Part shown: piece after piece, positions 24,579 to 34,668 of the stretch | Numbering within the stretch: position 1 is the first letter of the stretch | How the letters are laid out: the number at the start of each line of letters is the position of its first letter | Assembly: GCA_030295235.1 (NCBI GenBank) | Contig: AP026153.1 | Span: forward strand, 434,001 to 498,000 | From: Fistulifera solaris | Lineage: Eukaryota | Reading direction: 5' to 3' | DNA length: 64,000 nucleotides | Program-made: the position numbers and the translations under genes | Notes under the pieces: generated by a model | What the model was told of the DNA's origin: nothing | What the model saw: only the letters and a program-made list of their open reading frames with translations | Database searches by the model: none

Positions 24579-25352
24579 TTAGTCAATAAGAATAGCGTCA
24601 TCTTCGCTTTTCCCGCATTGTCGTTGTACCCGTTTTTGAGCTGGGGTCCGTTCGTCGAAGGCCATGACATCGTCGTAGGGGAGAAGAGACGTGGAGGCCA
24701 AGCCGCTTATGATATTCGCAAATGACAGATTTGGAACAACACCCTTGATTTTGTTGCGGCAATTAGGGCATTGCGTAACCTGCTTCGCACAAGCTTTACA
24801 AAAACTGTGACCACAGGGAATGATTGCAACTGGCTCTACCTGTAATTCGAGACAAAGAGAGCAGTATAGTTCTTCGGTAACATCCTTTGGTAGTACTGAG
24901 CTCCCCGTGGGCGTTGATAGAGTTGCGGCAACGGGTGTCTTAGTAGCTGAAGATTGAACTCGGTTCCGCTTTCGTGGGGACGACTGCGCTTGCGGAACAT
25001 GAGTAGCTTTGTTTTCACTTCTATATCGAACCAGATAGGAGTAACGATCGTCTCGGAGGGAAATTTTGTCTCCATCCTTCAAAGTCGTAGTGGATCCACT
25101 CGGCACATACTTGTCATTGATTAGAACGTTCTTCGTCTCCATTATAGCAATTACCCCACTTTCCAAAGCAGTCAAGGTACATTCCCTACGACTTAGACTT
25201 GGATCACCTATTTTCGTAATGGAATTACGACCCAGTGCAATTCTCTCGTTGCGAGCCGAAATAAGGATTTCGGGAAGATGAGCTACACCTTGACTCAAAA
25301 TCGCTCCAGGAGTCCCCGCTGCTGGAATCAGCCGTCCAATTGGCAGATCCAT
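24579..25352 (-). CDS. FHA + RING E3 ubiquitin ligase (CHFR/RNF8-like architecture)
   Basis: FHA motifs LGRN...LSRR...LKDGDKISL; C3HC4 RING CSLC...PCGHSFCKAC...CPNCR. Confidence 0.85.
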   Translation of the reverse strand: MDLPIGRLIPAAGTPGAILSQGVAHLPEILISARNERIALGRNSITKIGDPSLSRRECTLTALESGVIAIMETKNVLINDKYVPSGSTTTLKDGDKISLRDDRYSYLVRYRSENKATHVPQAQSSPRKRNRVQSSATKTPVAATLSTPTGSSVLPKDVTEELYCSLCLELQVEPVAIIPCGHSFCKACAKQVTQCPNCRNKIKGVVPNLSFANIISGLASTSLLPYDDVMAFDERTPAQKRVQRQCGKSEDDAILID

Positions 25353-25670
25353 ATTCAATACAAAGGGAATAAAAAGGATAAGACAAGCACAACACTAACG
25401 GAATACTCGAAGAGATTGATGATAAGTGGTACAAGTAGGAAACCAGCATTGCGACCCCTCTATTTTACTGTACATGGCGCGCAAAAGAAACCCCGCCGTT
25501 TCTACAAGTAGCAAGTATAGTCCAAAGACTGTCGCTCAGGTACCCATTATTTCCGTTTTGTTGGTTATGTTACGGGACTTAACACATATCGAGTCGTTCT
25601 AACTGCTACACTTTATGTCTTGACAAACGGTTTATGGTCCACAAACAGTTAATTACAATATTTTTTTAGG

Positions 25671-26741
25671 TTAAGGCGCTCTAAACATTTGAATTCCGTC
25701 TTTTTGCAGGAATCCTGGTAGACCTAGCTTGCGTGAAACGTTCACAATTTTGCTGCCAACAATGCCCTTACTCAGTGTTTGCAGCCGCCCTTGATGAACC
25801 TTCTTGTTCACTCGAACGGCATCAATAATCTCATTGTCGGCGTATCCGAGACGCTTTAGCAGTTTCACGCGGTATGTACGATCCATTAACATACCCCGTT
25901 TCGTTCGTCGGTTTCCTTCTCTTATGCTTTCAAAATCGTCGACCAAAATCTCCGGGAATTCATCATACTCCCATCCAATCGAGACGCTTGGTCCATTCCT
26001 ACAAGCAGGATTATCGCCGAGTATGATTCCATATTCTCGAACAGTGATCTTGTCGAATTGTACAGTGAAATGGTGAGGATCGGCAATGATGGGTTTCGTC
26101 TTGGGGGTTTCCTCGATTTGTTGGGGCGCTTCGCTCAACCTTTCGGAAGTGCTGATGGGCTTGTGCTCCGAGGTCTCACAGTCCACTTCAGATGCATTCT
26201 CTTCGCCTGTAATGATATCATCAAGCTCCAAGTCCCATATGTTGCCATCGACGTCTCTGCTGAGCCACAGTAGTGAACTCGCGGTGGCATTAACATCAAA
26301 TCGGGTGTCTGACGATGATTCTGAGTCATCAGTATTTACACTTTCAGTGAGCTCTTCCGCTACCTCTCTGCTGATCTGATCAATCATGTCGTTCAGATAC
26401 TCGTCCTCCGACTCATCTTGATTGGCTAACCTTTCTGCGGCGTCCCAGCTCGCCGAAGACGACTCATCCATCAAGGTAGCTAACGTCCCCGATGAATCGT
26501 TTCTCTTCAGCTTGCTCATGCGAGACATGTTGACTGTCCTTGTCGAAAAGCGTTGTGAGGCAAGAATGTGCATGGTGATGTTTTTCTCTTTCCCTTTTTT
26601 AAATTTGTGTTGCCTTGTTGGTTGTAAAAAATTGGACTCGAGGACGAAGCATGCAAACTTACTTGGCAAAGAAAGAGACAAATTCTCCTCGAAAGCAAGC
26701 GTTTCAGTGAGAACTTTGCAGTAGTAGTGCAAAAGTTCCAT
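25671..26741 (-). CDS. Uncharacterised protein with VQF...VREY...GDNPAC..GPSVSIGW motif; true start probably an internal Met
   Basis: 356-aa ORF with an acidic middle and a conserved-looking C-terminal motif of a kind I recall from expanded diatom families. Confidence 0.65.
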   Translation of the reverse strand: MELLHYYCKVLTETLAFEENLSLSLPSKFACFVLESNFLQPTRQHKFKKGKEKNITMHILASQRFSTRTVNMSRMSKLKRNDSSGTLATLMDESSSASWDAAERLANQDESEDEYLNDMIDQISREVAEELTESVNTDDSESSSDTRFDVNATASSLLWLSRDVDGNIWDLELDDIITGEENASEVDCETSEHKPISTSERLSEAPQQIEETPKTKPIIADPHHFTVQFDKITVREYGIILGDNPACRNGPSVSIGWEYDEFPEILVDDFESIREGNRRTKRGMLMDRTYRVKLLKRLGYADNEIIDAVRVNKKVHQGRLQTLSKGIVGSKIVNVSRKLGLPGFLQKDGIQMFRAP

Positions 26742-27405
26742 CCAAATTTGGGAACTATAAGCATCAGAAACAGAATTTGGTTTATTTACGATTAGAGGAC
26801 TACAAGGGCTATGGTAGGATTTATTGTTTTTGTTTGAACCCAGGATTAAAGGGCCTTCGTTAGTTTCGCCGTTATGTAAGTGACATTAGCAGACAATTAT
26901 CTCTAACTTAAAGTCTTCATCTTAGACGTTTTGGGTTTAACATAAATCATAGAACATCTTTGGTAAGTGAAAGTCTTCGTAGTTTTTGCTAGTACGTTTT
27001 CAGTGAATTTTCAGTCGATGTTCAGCTTTCATTGGTAACTTGAAATTAAGGTCGACTACATTCTAGCTCATACTATCTGTCACGAATGCTTGAGCGTGAC
27101 CAATTGCTACTGGACTCCGGACACTCAACTTGAACACATGAAACAAGGATCAAGGACCAAGGATCGATAAAGGCTGCTTTCACTTTTCATCTCACTCATT
27201 CTCCTTTCCCAAATGCAAAGCGCACAGTTCTCAGTTCTCATTCTCGCATCTCGCATCTCGCATCCGTCATCCGTGGTTAGTAGTCTTCCTTATTGATCCT
27301 TGATGCTCGACTGAGCACTGAAAAATCTTATACTTGACGAAGGCTAAAGACGGTACAACATACTTCAAAACAAGGTTGTTGGGTATGGTGCGCCTGTTTT
27401 TGTCT

Positions 27406-27973
27406 TATAGTTCGACACGTGTTTATTTGGTCAATAAACATAAACCGTATAAGCGGTTTATAAACGTGTTTATACGTTTACGATTTTTCATAAACAAGTT
27501 TATGTCTTTAGCGTCTGTGCGTGGTACGGGGTTGTGCGTGCATTGTGTGCGTGCGTGAAACATTGAAGAGCAACCAAATCATGGTTGGCGAAGCTCTGAG
27601 CCTTAAACCAGCTAAACAAAGGGGACACGAACACCTCGGAAAGTTTAAATGCCCTCAAAATCATTCGTTATGCTTTGGATAGCCGGGTTGCTGATCAACT
27701 AAAAGTCCGTTACTGATTCGTCAATACACAGCTTGAAAAAGCACATAAGCTAATGCAACATTCAAAGCTTACCATCAAATCAGTTGTTCACCATGCAAAT
27801 GTGCAGCAATTTAACATGCTTAGATACGTTTACAATCATTGAAAGACGGGATAACCTTTTCTGGTGAGAGCGGGACGAGGGACAGACAATAAACTGCATA
27901 TGCTTGCATAAACTTGTATAAACTTGCATAAACTGCATACGATTTTTCATAAACATGTTTATGTCGAACTATA
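27406..27973. mobile_element. Non-autonomous hAT-type DNA transposon (MITE), 568 bp
   Basis: 12-bp terminal inverted repeats TATAGTTCGACA...TGTCGAACTATA; perfect 8-bp direct repeat TTTTGTCT on both sides (27398-27405 and 27974-27981); clustered subterminal ATAAAC/GTTTAT motifs at both ends; no transposase ORF. Confidence 0.88.
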
Positions 27974-28964
27974 TTTTGTCTCTATGCTTCAATTACCTAT
28001 TTCCTAGTTTCTAAGTGTTATGCGTTATGCTGTTATGCTCTTTGCAACTTGATACTTGATGCTCTTTGCCTGGTAACTGTAATCCCACATCCCACTTTGT
28101 GCTCCTGGCTCCTGTTCATGCAATAGTTGCAAGGTAAATTATTTTAAAAAATAAATTTGCAAATGCTGCTTATTAATTCTTGAATGCTGATGCTATGAAC
28201 GCGAAGCGCTACTGTATGTGCTATCGGGTAAGTGCTTGGTGCTTGATGCATGTGAATTATACAGCTTATGTTTCTTATTGCTGATATTGGCTCTTAGGTC
28301 TAAGAGTCTAAGGATAAAATGAACTTATTAACCCAATTAAGGAGCCTAGTTTAAGGTTTAAGAGAATAGAGAGAGATCAAAAATCCAAGCAACTACTAAT
28401 AGGTTATAGGTTTGTCGTTCGTCCTTGTTTTCCATCCTCCTTTCATTCCAAAACGATAGATTTTCGGCTCCGGCCTTGCACAATCTCACATTTCCTTTTC
28501 AGGGCATCAATTACGGTATACTAAAAAGCAGTTAGTGCGATGTGCAATCCCCCAGAAGCATTTACCGTGATCTCATTCTGTCGACTAAGATTATTCAAGT
28601 CAGTAAGTCAGTGAGTCGTAAGACCCTCTCGCCCACAAAATCATGGGCCACTAGCGTAATTCGTTTCAACATTTTCATGTATAACAATTCAACGATTGAA
28701 TCTGATAAGGTTTAGTGAAGCTGACTAGTCGATGCGTTTCACAACGCTGCAAATCCATAATGAAATAGCGGCTTTTTCGCTAGTCACGAAATACGTGCCA
28801 AGTGCTTCGGTTTGTTTAGTCTAACGTGTAATGCTAGGGTTCTTGAAACACACTCAAGTTCAAAAAATTGTCTCTAGCGTCATCCTGTGTATAATCTCAC
28901 TTCGCTACAAAAATCATGACTAACTTTTACGGAAAATCATCGCTTTGCTGAAAGTGAGCAGCCT

Positions 28965-30251
28965 TCATGTCAAAGCAAAGTCATCGCTCACGGAGAATAG
29001 AGGCGCATCGTTTTGTTCATTATCCCTATAAGGGCGAGTAACACAATTCACTTCGACCTCGGTTGCGCTCACTTGGCTCTTTGATGTCGAAATACTACTC
29101 GATCGAGCACCAAAATCGGCCGGTGTCGAAAGACTGCTGACGGTCGAATGGGACGAACGGGCTTCATACGGTAAAGTCGTCTTTTCTGCGATTGTATCTT
29201 CGACGTTCGACGGTGATTTGTTGGGCTGTCCCAGTGATTTCAGTTCGACAAAATATTCACCAGTCGGTGCGCACTTCGAATGCACATCCCGAATGGTTTC
29301 CGTGATGGCGTTGTCTTCACAAGCTCCTTGCGGATCCAGCATATCATCGATGTTGTCCCACAAATTCTGCATCGTGTTGGTGGCCCCTTTCAAAATGATG
29401 CCGGCGTTTTCGGAGTGCAATTCCATCGTTCGATGCATCACCTGCAACGCGCGATGCACAAAGAGACCTGTGGGCAATAAAACGGTAGCACCGATGCAAA
29501 GAAGGACCCACCCTTTCCATCGTTCTAGTGGGTCTAAATGCACTACCGCTTGCACACAGGCACCCAAGCTAACTAGTACGAGTATGAAGGAGAATGTCAT
29601 GGAGAGTCGCTTGCAGAATGTCGGCCGAATCAAAGCCTCTTGTTCGTCTTCCTTCTGGTCTTCGACTTGCTGTTGAAACACTTCCTTGAGAACCGAGCTC
29701 GTCGGCTCTTGAGGTATCACTAAAATTTCTACGTTCGCAAAACCCTGCTCCAGCAGATGCTGCGTGGCAAAATGCTTTCGTACTTGAATTTTGTTGTCTC
29801 CTACGGGAGAATTGACCATGTAATCAATGACGGCTCGGTAGGTAGGAAGTCCCGATCCCATGGCATCTTCTTCTACCGATACTTGTAAAACATGCCCTCT
29901 CACTAAAATGGAGTCCTTTTGATAGCGCGCCAAGTCGGATCGCACTAAGGAGCTAAGCATACACACCGTCCAGCCGAGCGCCATGGCCAAACACAACCAA
30001 ACATCCGATAGATGCGAATAATAATCCGTCGGTCCCCGTCCTCGCTTCATCGGTTGCTCCATAGTAACTGTGTTGTCATAATAGCGTTGATTGGTGCGAT
30101 GCGGATCATCGCCGCGACTAAGATGTTGCGGTTGTTGCATATTATTATGGTTGTTCGCCGCCAACGAGACATCGACCGACAAGAGAATTGCTGTCAGAAT
30201 GATGCGCTTCCACGAGCCTTTCGAAGAACTGTGTCGTGTTGAAGATTGCAT
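28965..30251 (-). CDS. Uncharacterised membrane protein
   Basis: 428-aa ORF with a signal-like N-terminus, about three further hydrophobic segments and a Ser-rich tail. Confidence 0.75.
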   Translation of the reverse strand: MQSSTRHSSSKGSWKRIILTAILLSVDVSLAANNHNNMQQPQHLSRGDDPHRTNQRYYDNTVTMEQPMKRGRGPTDYYSHLSDVWLCLAMALGWTVCMLSSLVRSDLARYQKDSILVRGHVLQVSVEEDAMGSGLPTYRAVIDYMVNSPVGDNKIQVRKHFATQHLLEQGFANVEILVIPQEPTSSVLKEVFQQQVEDQKEDEQEALIRPTFCKRLSMTFSFILVLVSLGACVQAVVHLDPLERWKGWVLLCIGATVLLPTGLFVHRALQVMHRTMELHSENAGIILKGATNTMQNLWDNIDDMLDPQGACEDNAITETIRDVHSKCAPTGEYFVELKSLGQPNKSPSNVEDTIAEKTTLPYEARSSHSTVSSLSTPADFGARSSSISTSKSQVSATEVEVNCVTRPYRDNEQNDAPLFSVSDDFALT

Positions 30252-30729
30252 TCTTCTTTGAAAAAGAGACTGACTGAAGATGAATGTAGGAAAAATGAAT
30301 GATGATTAAATGCAATGTTTCTTGTCGTTCATTAGTGTTCGTTGGGTTATTGCGTTCGTTGTTGTGAGTTTCTTTATGCGCACCTCGTGTCGCGAGGATG
30401 AACTGTGCCTACTGCCATGAATGCTGTTGCGACTTCATTTCAAAGATAAGATATAGAAGAGCACGTGTTTTTCATAACAAGTTATTGTGGGTACGTATAG
30501 TAGTATTGGCCGAGTGCGCAAGCAGGACCCTCTGTCGCACCGACTCTAGTACTTTTCAAGCGATACACAGGATGATCCTTTTCGAGTTCGGAGTTCGGAA
30601 GCTATCAACAAGCACACGATGACACGCAAAAGATGCGCCGCAAAAATGATAACTTACCAGTAAACAAAAGGTACCGCACAAAAGCAAGATCGTTATTATC
30701 AACTCGAATAGCCTTTGAATAAGTAGATT

Positions 30730-31699
30730 ATGGAAGACTTTTGGTCCGAGAGGCGGCAGTCAATGCTGTTGTTTGGTTTGTGTTCGCACAAATGAAATCG
30801 CCGTGGTAAGATCTGAACGAACTGAGGATACTTCATGCGCTCTTCATTCTCCGATCGAATGCCCTGAACTCTCCTTCTTCTTCTTCTTTTTCTTCGTTTA
30901 GGTCGAAGACCTCGGTCAGTTCAAGCAAATGCTTTCTCCGGGTCTATCTTTCATTTGTTGTCCTTTCCAACAAGTGGCGGGTCGTTTGTCTCTGCGTATC
31001 ATGCAACTGGATGTCATTTGCGAAACCAAAACCAAAGACAATGTCTTTATTCAAGTAGCCGTGGCGGTACAATATCGAGTGATTGCCGAAGGAGCATACG
31101 ATGCCTTTTATCGTCTCACCGATCCGCGTGGACAAATTCAATCCTACGTCTTTGATGTCATCCGTAGTACGGTTCCCAAATTGGAACTGGATGAAGCGTT
31201 TTCGTCCAAAGATGAAATCGCGAATGCGGTGTTGCGACAGCTGCAACATGTCATGAAAGAATATGGATACGAAATCCGTAATACCCTAGTGACCGATCTC
31301 AGTCCCGATGCCCGCGTCAAAGCCAGTATGAATGAAATCAACGCGAGTCGCCGTTTGAAAGAAGCCGCTTCGCACAAGGCCGAAGCCGAAAAAACCAAAC
31401 AAGTCAAAGCCGCCGAAGCGGAAGCGGAGGCGCGGTACTTGAGTGGACTTGGTGTCGCGCGGCAGCGCAAGGCTATTATCAGTGGTTTGCAAAGCAGTGT
31501 TGCCGAATTCAGTGAAGAAGTGGACGGGGCCACTCCGAAAGATGTGATGGATATTCTGTTGTTGAGTCAGTATTTTGACACGTTGTCCAGTGTCGGAGCC
31601 AACTCGTTGTTTCTGGAGCATGATCCAGAAACAGTAGCGTCCATGCGAGCATCGGTGCGTCAGTCTTTCCTGACGAGTGATGCCATCATGAAGCGTTAA
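30730..31699 (+). CDS. SPFH/band-7 protein, hypersensitive-induced response (HIR)-like
   Basis: QLDVICETKTKDNVF, IQSYVFDVIRSTVPKL, YLSGLGVARQRKAI, DVMDILLLSQYFDTL. Cys-rich exon 1 (QCCCLVCVRTNEIAV) and GT-AG intron 30806..30901. An apparent 1-nt frameshift lies near 30740. Confidence 0.9.
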
Positions 31700-31991
31700 A
31701 CTGTGAACTGTTTGTAATTTGTGAGGATTGTGCCAGCAACTTGGGAAAGAATAAATGCTGATTTGCTGTAACGATGATATGACTTTACTAATGGCACAGC
31801 GAATTATGAAACTACAAAGTATTGCGCAAACAATTGAACAACCTTATGTTGGAATTAATAAAGACAATTTATTCCCTTTCAATCTTTCAAGGATTTTCGT
31901 GATTGCGTTTGGTCTTTAGCTAATAAATCGGAAACCGGACGTAAAGAGGCTTTGTTAGTGCGCCACGCATAAGACATAAGACCTAGTTGCT

Positions 31992-32123
31992 CATGTCTGT
32001 GTGCGACGTGTGTGCACACAGTCGAGACATGGATCTGAAGCCACCCCCAAGGAACGAGCCCCCGCGAACGGGGAGGGCGAGTGCGTAAAAAGCACCCAGG
32101 GGCTAACCCTTGAAGGCAGCTTC
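31992..32123 (-). ncRNA. Candidate structured RNA or ssDNA element, family unknown
   Basis: On the minus strand GAAGCUGCCUUCAAGG pairs fully with CCUUGGGGGUGGCUUC (16 bp, four G.U pairs). It encloses further helices including a UUCG loop, and a second hairpin CAUGUCU/AGACAUG follows. Confidence 0.35.
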
Positions 32124-32435
32124 TGTAGAGAAAAGGTTGAAAAGAGTCGCTGATTGCGAAAAACAGCAATTCAGAATTTCCGTCTCTTGCACAATAGTAG
32201 CAATATTTCAACTATAGTCCAAGTGTTAAGTCAATTTATCCATGACTGCAATTCAGTCGTGAATCAAATTCTTTCGAGCGACAATGCTCCCTACAATTTT
32301 ATTATCCAGCAAGTTTTTATTAAGTCTTTGAGTTCCATTTGCCGTTGTTGCAATGCAATACTCATAAGCAGCGTTTGCATTACACATTTCAATATGTGAC
32401 GTCGAAAAGCCTGCGAAACGTCGTCACCTTATGCT

Positions 32436-32493
32436 ACTATGGATCGAAAGTGTTGGTTCTAGGAGACTACGACACGAATGCAGTTCAGTCATG
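32436..32493 (-). repeat. Dispersed ~57-bp repeat, diverged copy
   Basis: Reverse complement reads CATGACTGAACTGC...AGTCTCCTAGAACCAACACTTTCGATCCATAGT. Confidence 0.6.
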
Positions 32494-32903
32494 GGACATG
32501 CATTAAAATACATTCTTAGTGATTTTTCGAGCCGGCTTGTCATCTAATCCACATTTTTGCAAGGTCAAATAATAAGAGAGAGGGAAATATAAAATGAAAT
32601 TGATCAGAATGGAACCTTTCGTCCAGTATCGAGTGTGATGGCCATTTTTTGCGTGTCAACGACTTTGGCAAAAGTCTCAACGAGTACCGTTTTCGCATAG
32701 TATCTTGGCCACTGTATAATGATGAGTAGTCTGGAGGCATCCTTTTCTTTCGTTTTGGTTTTTGCGACATTTCGACAAACACAATAAGTCAAGAACGTAA
32801 TATAACATTGTGTTTGTTCGATGCCTTCTTTTCGATTATAATACCGAGCAGTTCGATTACTTGTAGAAAAATACGGCAGAAACAACTTATAAGTCGCTCC
32901 AAC

Positions 32904-34250
32904 ATGAGCGACATTGGAAAGCCGTGGTATCCAGCCGATTACGGTGATTGGTTGTCGTTAGAGGAAGCACAGAAGCAGTCGCACGGTGGCATTTCGTGGT
33001 GGTGCTGGCCGGGTCGAGAAGACGAATGGCTGGCACCGGAACAGCAACGTCCCGACGGTCCCCTTGACAAACCGGTATTCGCCAAGGCCGGACACATGTA
33101 TTTTGGGAAATGGGAAAAACACGAAACCGAAGATTGGTACATGTGGCACGGATTCGGTATCTATTATCGAAGCAATGGAGAAATCTTTATCGGCGACTGG
33201 TACAAGGGCAAGCTGTGTGGTCTAGGACATCGTTTGTGGTCGCCTTATGCGGAGGGCTGGATGGAAAATGTGAAGCAGGGCTCGGTCATTCAAGAAAATG
33301 GGGTGGGGAAGCCCTTTCTGTACGTCGGCCGATTTGTGGACAACTGGAAGCATGATAAGGCGGCGACCGCGATTTTAAAGGACGGAACAACAAGAGTGGG
33401 TCCTTGGGAATATAATCAACCCGTAGGGGATTGGTGGAAGGATCATCTGGTTCTGAAAAAGACGTATGAAGTGGATCGACTTCTAGCTTTTGCCGCAAAG
33501 AGTGACATGGAGGAGACGGATGAGGCAGATCTAGCGTCACCCTCGCTCAAGGCAAAATCAATTCTCGTGGGAAATTTGTTGTCTAATGAAGGTGACGAGC
33601 GTCAAATATCTGTTGCAGAAGCAAAGGAAATGTCAGTGAAGGATTTAGATCAGCAACAAATGCCTAAGTTGAAGCAACTAGGACGCTACTCTCGATTACA
33701 ACCTTCAGATTTCCCTCGGCCTTCCAGTCCAGAGATTGAAATTACATTTACAGAGAAATACGAAATACCCAATCTAGTATACGACAAAGAGCAGGTAGCC
33801 GCTCTTACGGAGTGGTTAACGATTTCGGTGGTAGGCAACGGTGCCGATTTATGCGAGATGGAGCGATACGCTCGCGAACTATGGGTAATGGGACTGCACT
33901 CGGAAACACTGATCAAGAAAACGTGCAGCACATTCGATGTGATATGCTGGCGATGGATGAAACCATATCATCGTAAAGTGCTGCTCCGATGGGTGCAAAT
34001 CAATTGTGCTGACAATCAATTTCAAAGCCAGCTAAATTGGATCACGGAATGGCTGGCCGACAGTGTGATTGGATACGATGCTGATCCATTGGAAATGGGA
34101 TACTATGCCCGCAAACTATTTGTTCGAGGACATCATTCCATTGCTGCTATTCAGGAAAAAGTCAAGTCGGAAGACGTCAATTCGTTTGATTGGATGAAAC
34201 CCGTGCACAAGCGGCTCTTTCTCTCACGTTACAAACATTCTCGTACATAG
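32904..34250 (+). CDS. MORN-like repeat protein with two C-terminal SAM-like repeats (paralog 1)
   Basis: YFGKW...HGFGIYYRSNGEIFIGDWYKGKLCGLG (MORN-like); two C-terminal units WL...VG...EM..YAR.L...G.HS...WMKP.H. Confidence 0.75.
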   Translation: MSDIGKPWYPADYGDWLSLEEAQKQSHGGISWWCWPGREDEWLAPEQQRPDGPLDKPVFAKAGHMYFGKWEKHETEDWYMWHGFGIYYRSNGEIFIGDWYKGKLCGLGHRLWSPYAEGWMENVKQGSVIQENGVGKPFLYVGRFVDNWKHDKAATAILKDGTTRVGPWEYNQPVGDWWKDHLVLKKTYEVDRLLAFAAKSDMEETDEADLASPSLKAKSILVGNLLSNEGDERQISVAEAKEMSVKDLDQQQMPKLKQLGRYSRLQPSDFPRPSSPEIEITFTEKYEIPNLVYDKEQVAALTEWLTISVVGNGADLCEMERYARELWVMGLHSETLIKKTCSTFDVICWRWMKPYHRKVLLRWVQINCADNQFQSQLNWITEWLADSVIGYDADPLEMGYYARKLFVRGHHSIAAIQEKVKSEDVNSFDWMKPVHKRLFLSRYKHSRT

Positions 34251-34668
34251 TAGTGAACTCGGTTTGAGTGCTATTATCTTTCTCTGATTTTCTCCTTAAC
34301 TTAATTAGAAGTATTTTTTGTAGAGCTACGCAAGAGGAAAATTATAGAGCTACGTTTTGGTAGCAGTATAGACCCATAATGTAGACGACCTTTTCCACGA
34401 CTGCGTTTAGTCGAGTCAACACTGCGACGTCAATAATGTCTCCTTTCCTCTGTAAACCAACTCAATAGAGTACACTAACAAGAACTATAAGGTGGAATGT
34501 ACTGAAACCGAAAAGATTTTGTGCCTTTTTGGGCTCTCTTGTTCGCGGAATTTTTTGAGAAAAATGTGAACAGAAAAGACCTGAAGCCTTCACAACATCC
34601 TTGTCAAAGCATTTAGCCCTCGAACAATACCATGCAGCTCGTATGCTATTAACAAGCGGATCGAAACC

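Noticed and set aside
26760..28960. Candidate low-GC diatom centromere
   Set aside because: A hand count over 27901-28380 gives ~35% GC, only mildly low; the gap is ~2 kb and partly explained by the MITE.
32095..32112. Telomerase RNA template (CTAACCCT) or RNase MRP CR-V (GGGGCTAA)
   Set aside because: The motif lies within a local hairpin, no properly spaced MRP CR-I or telomerase pseudoknot was found, and pairing bias favours the opposite strand.
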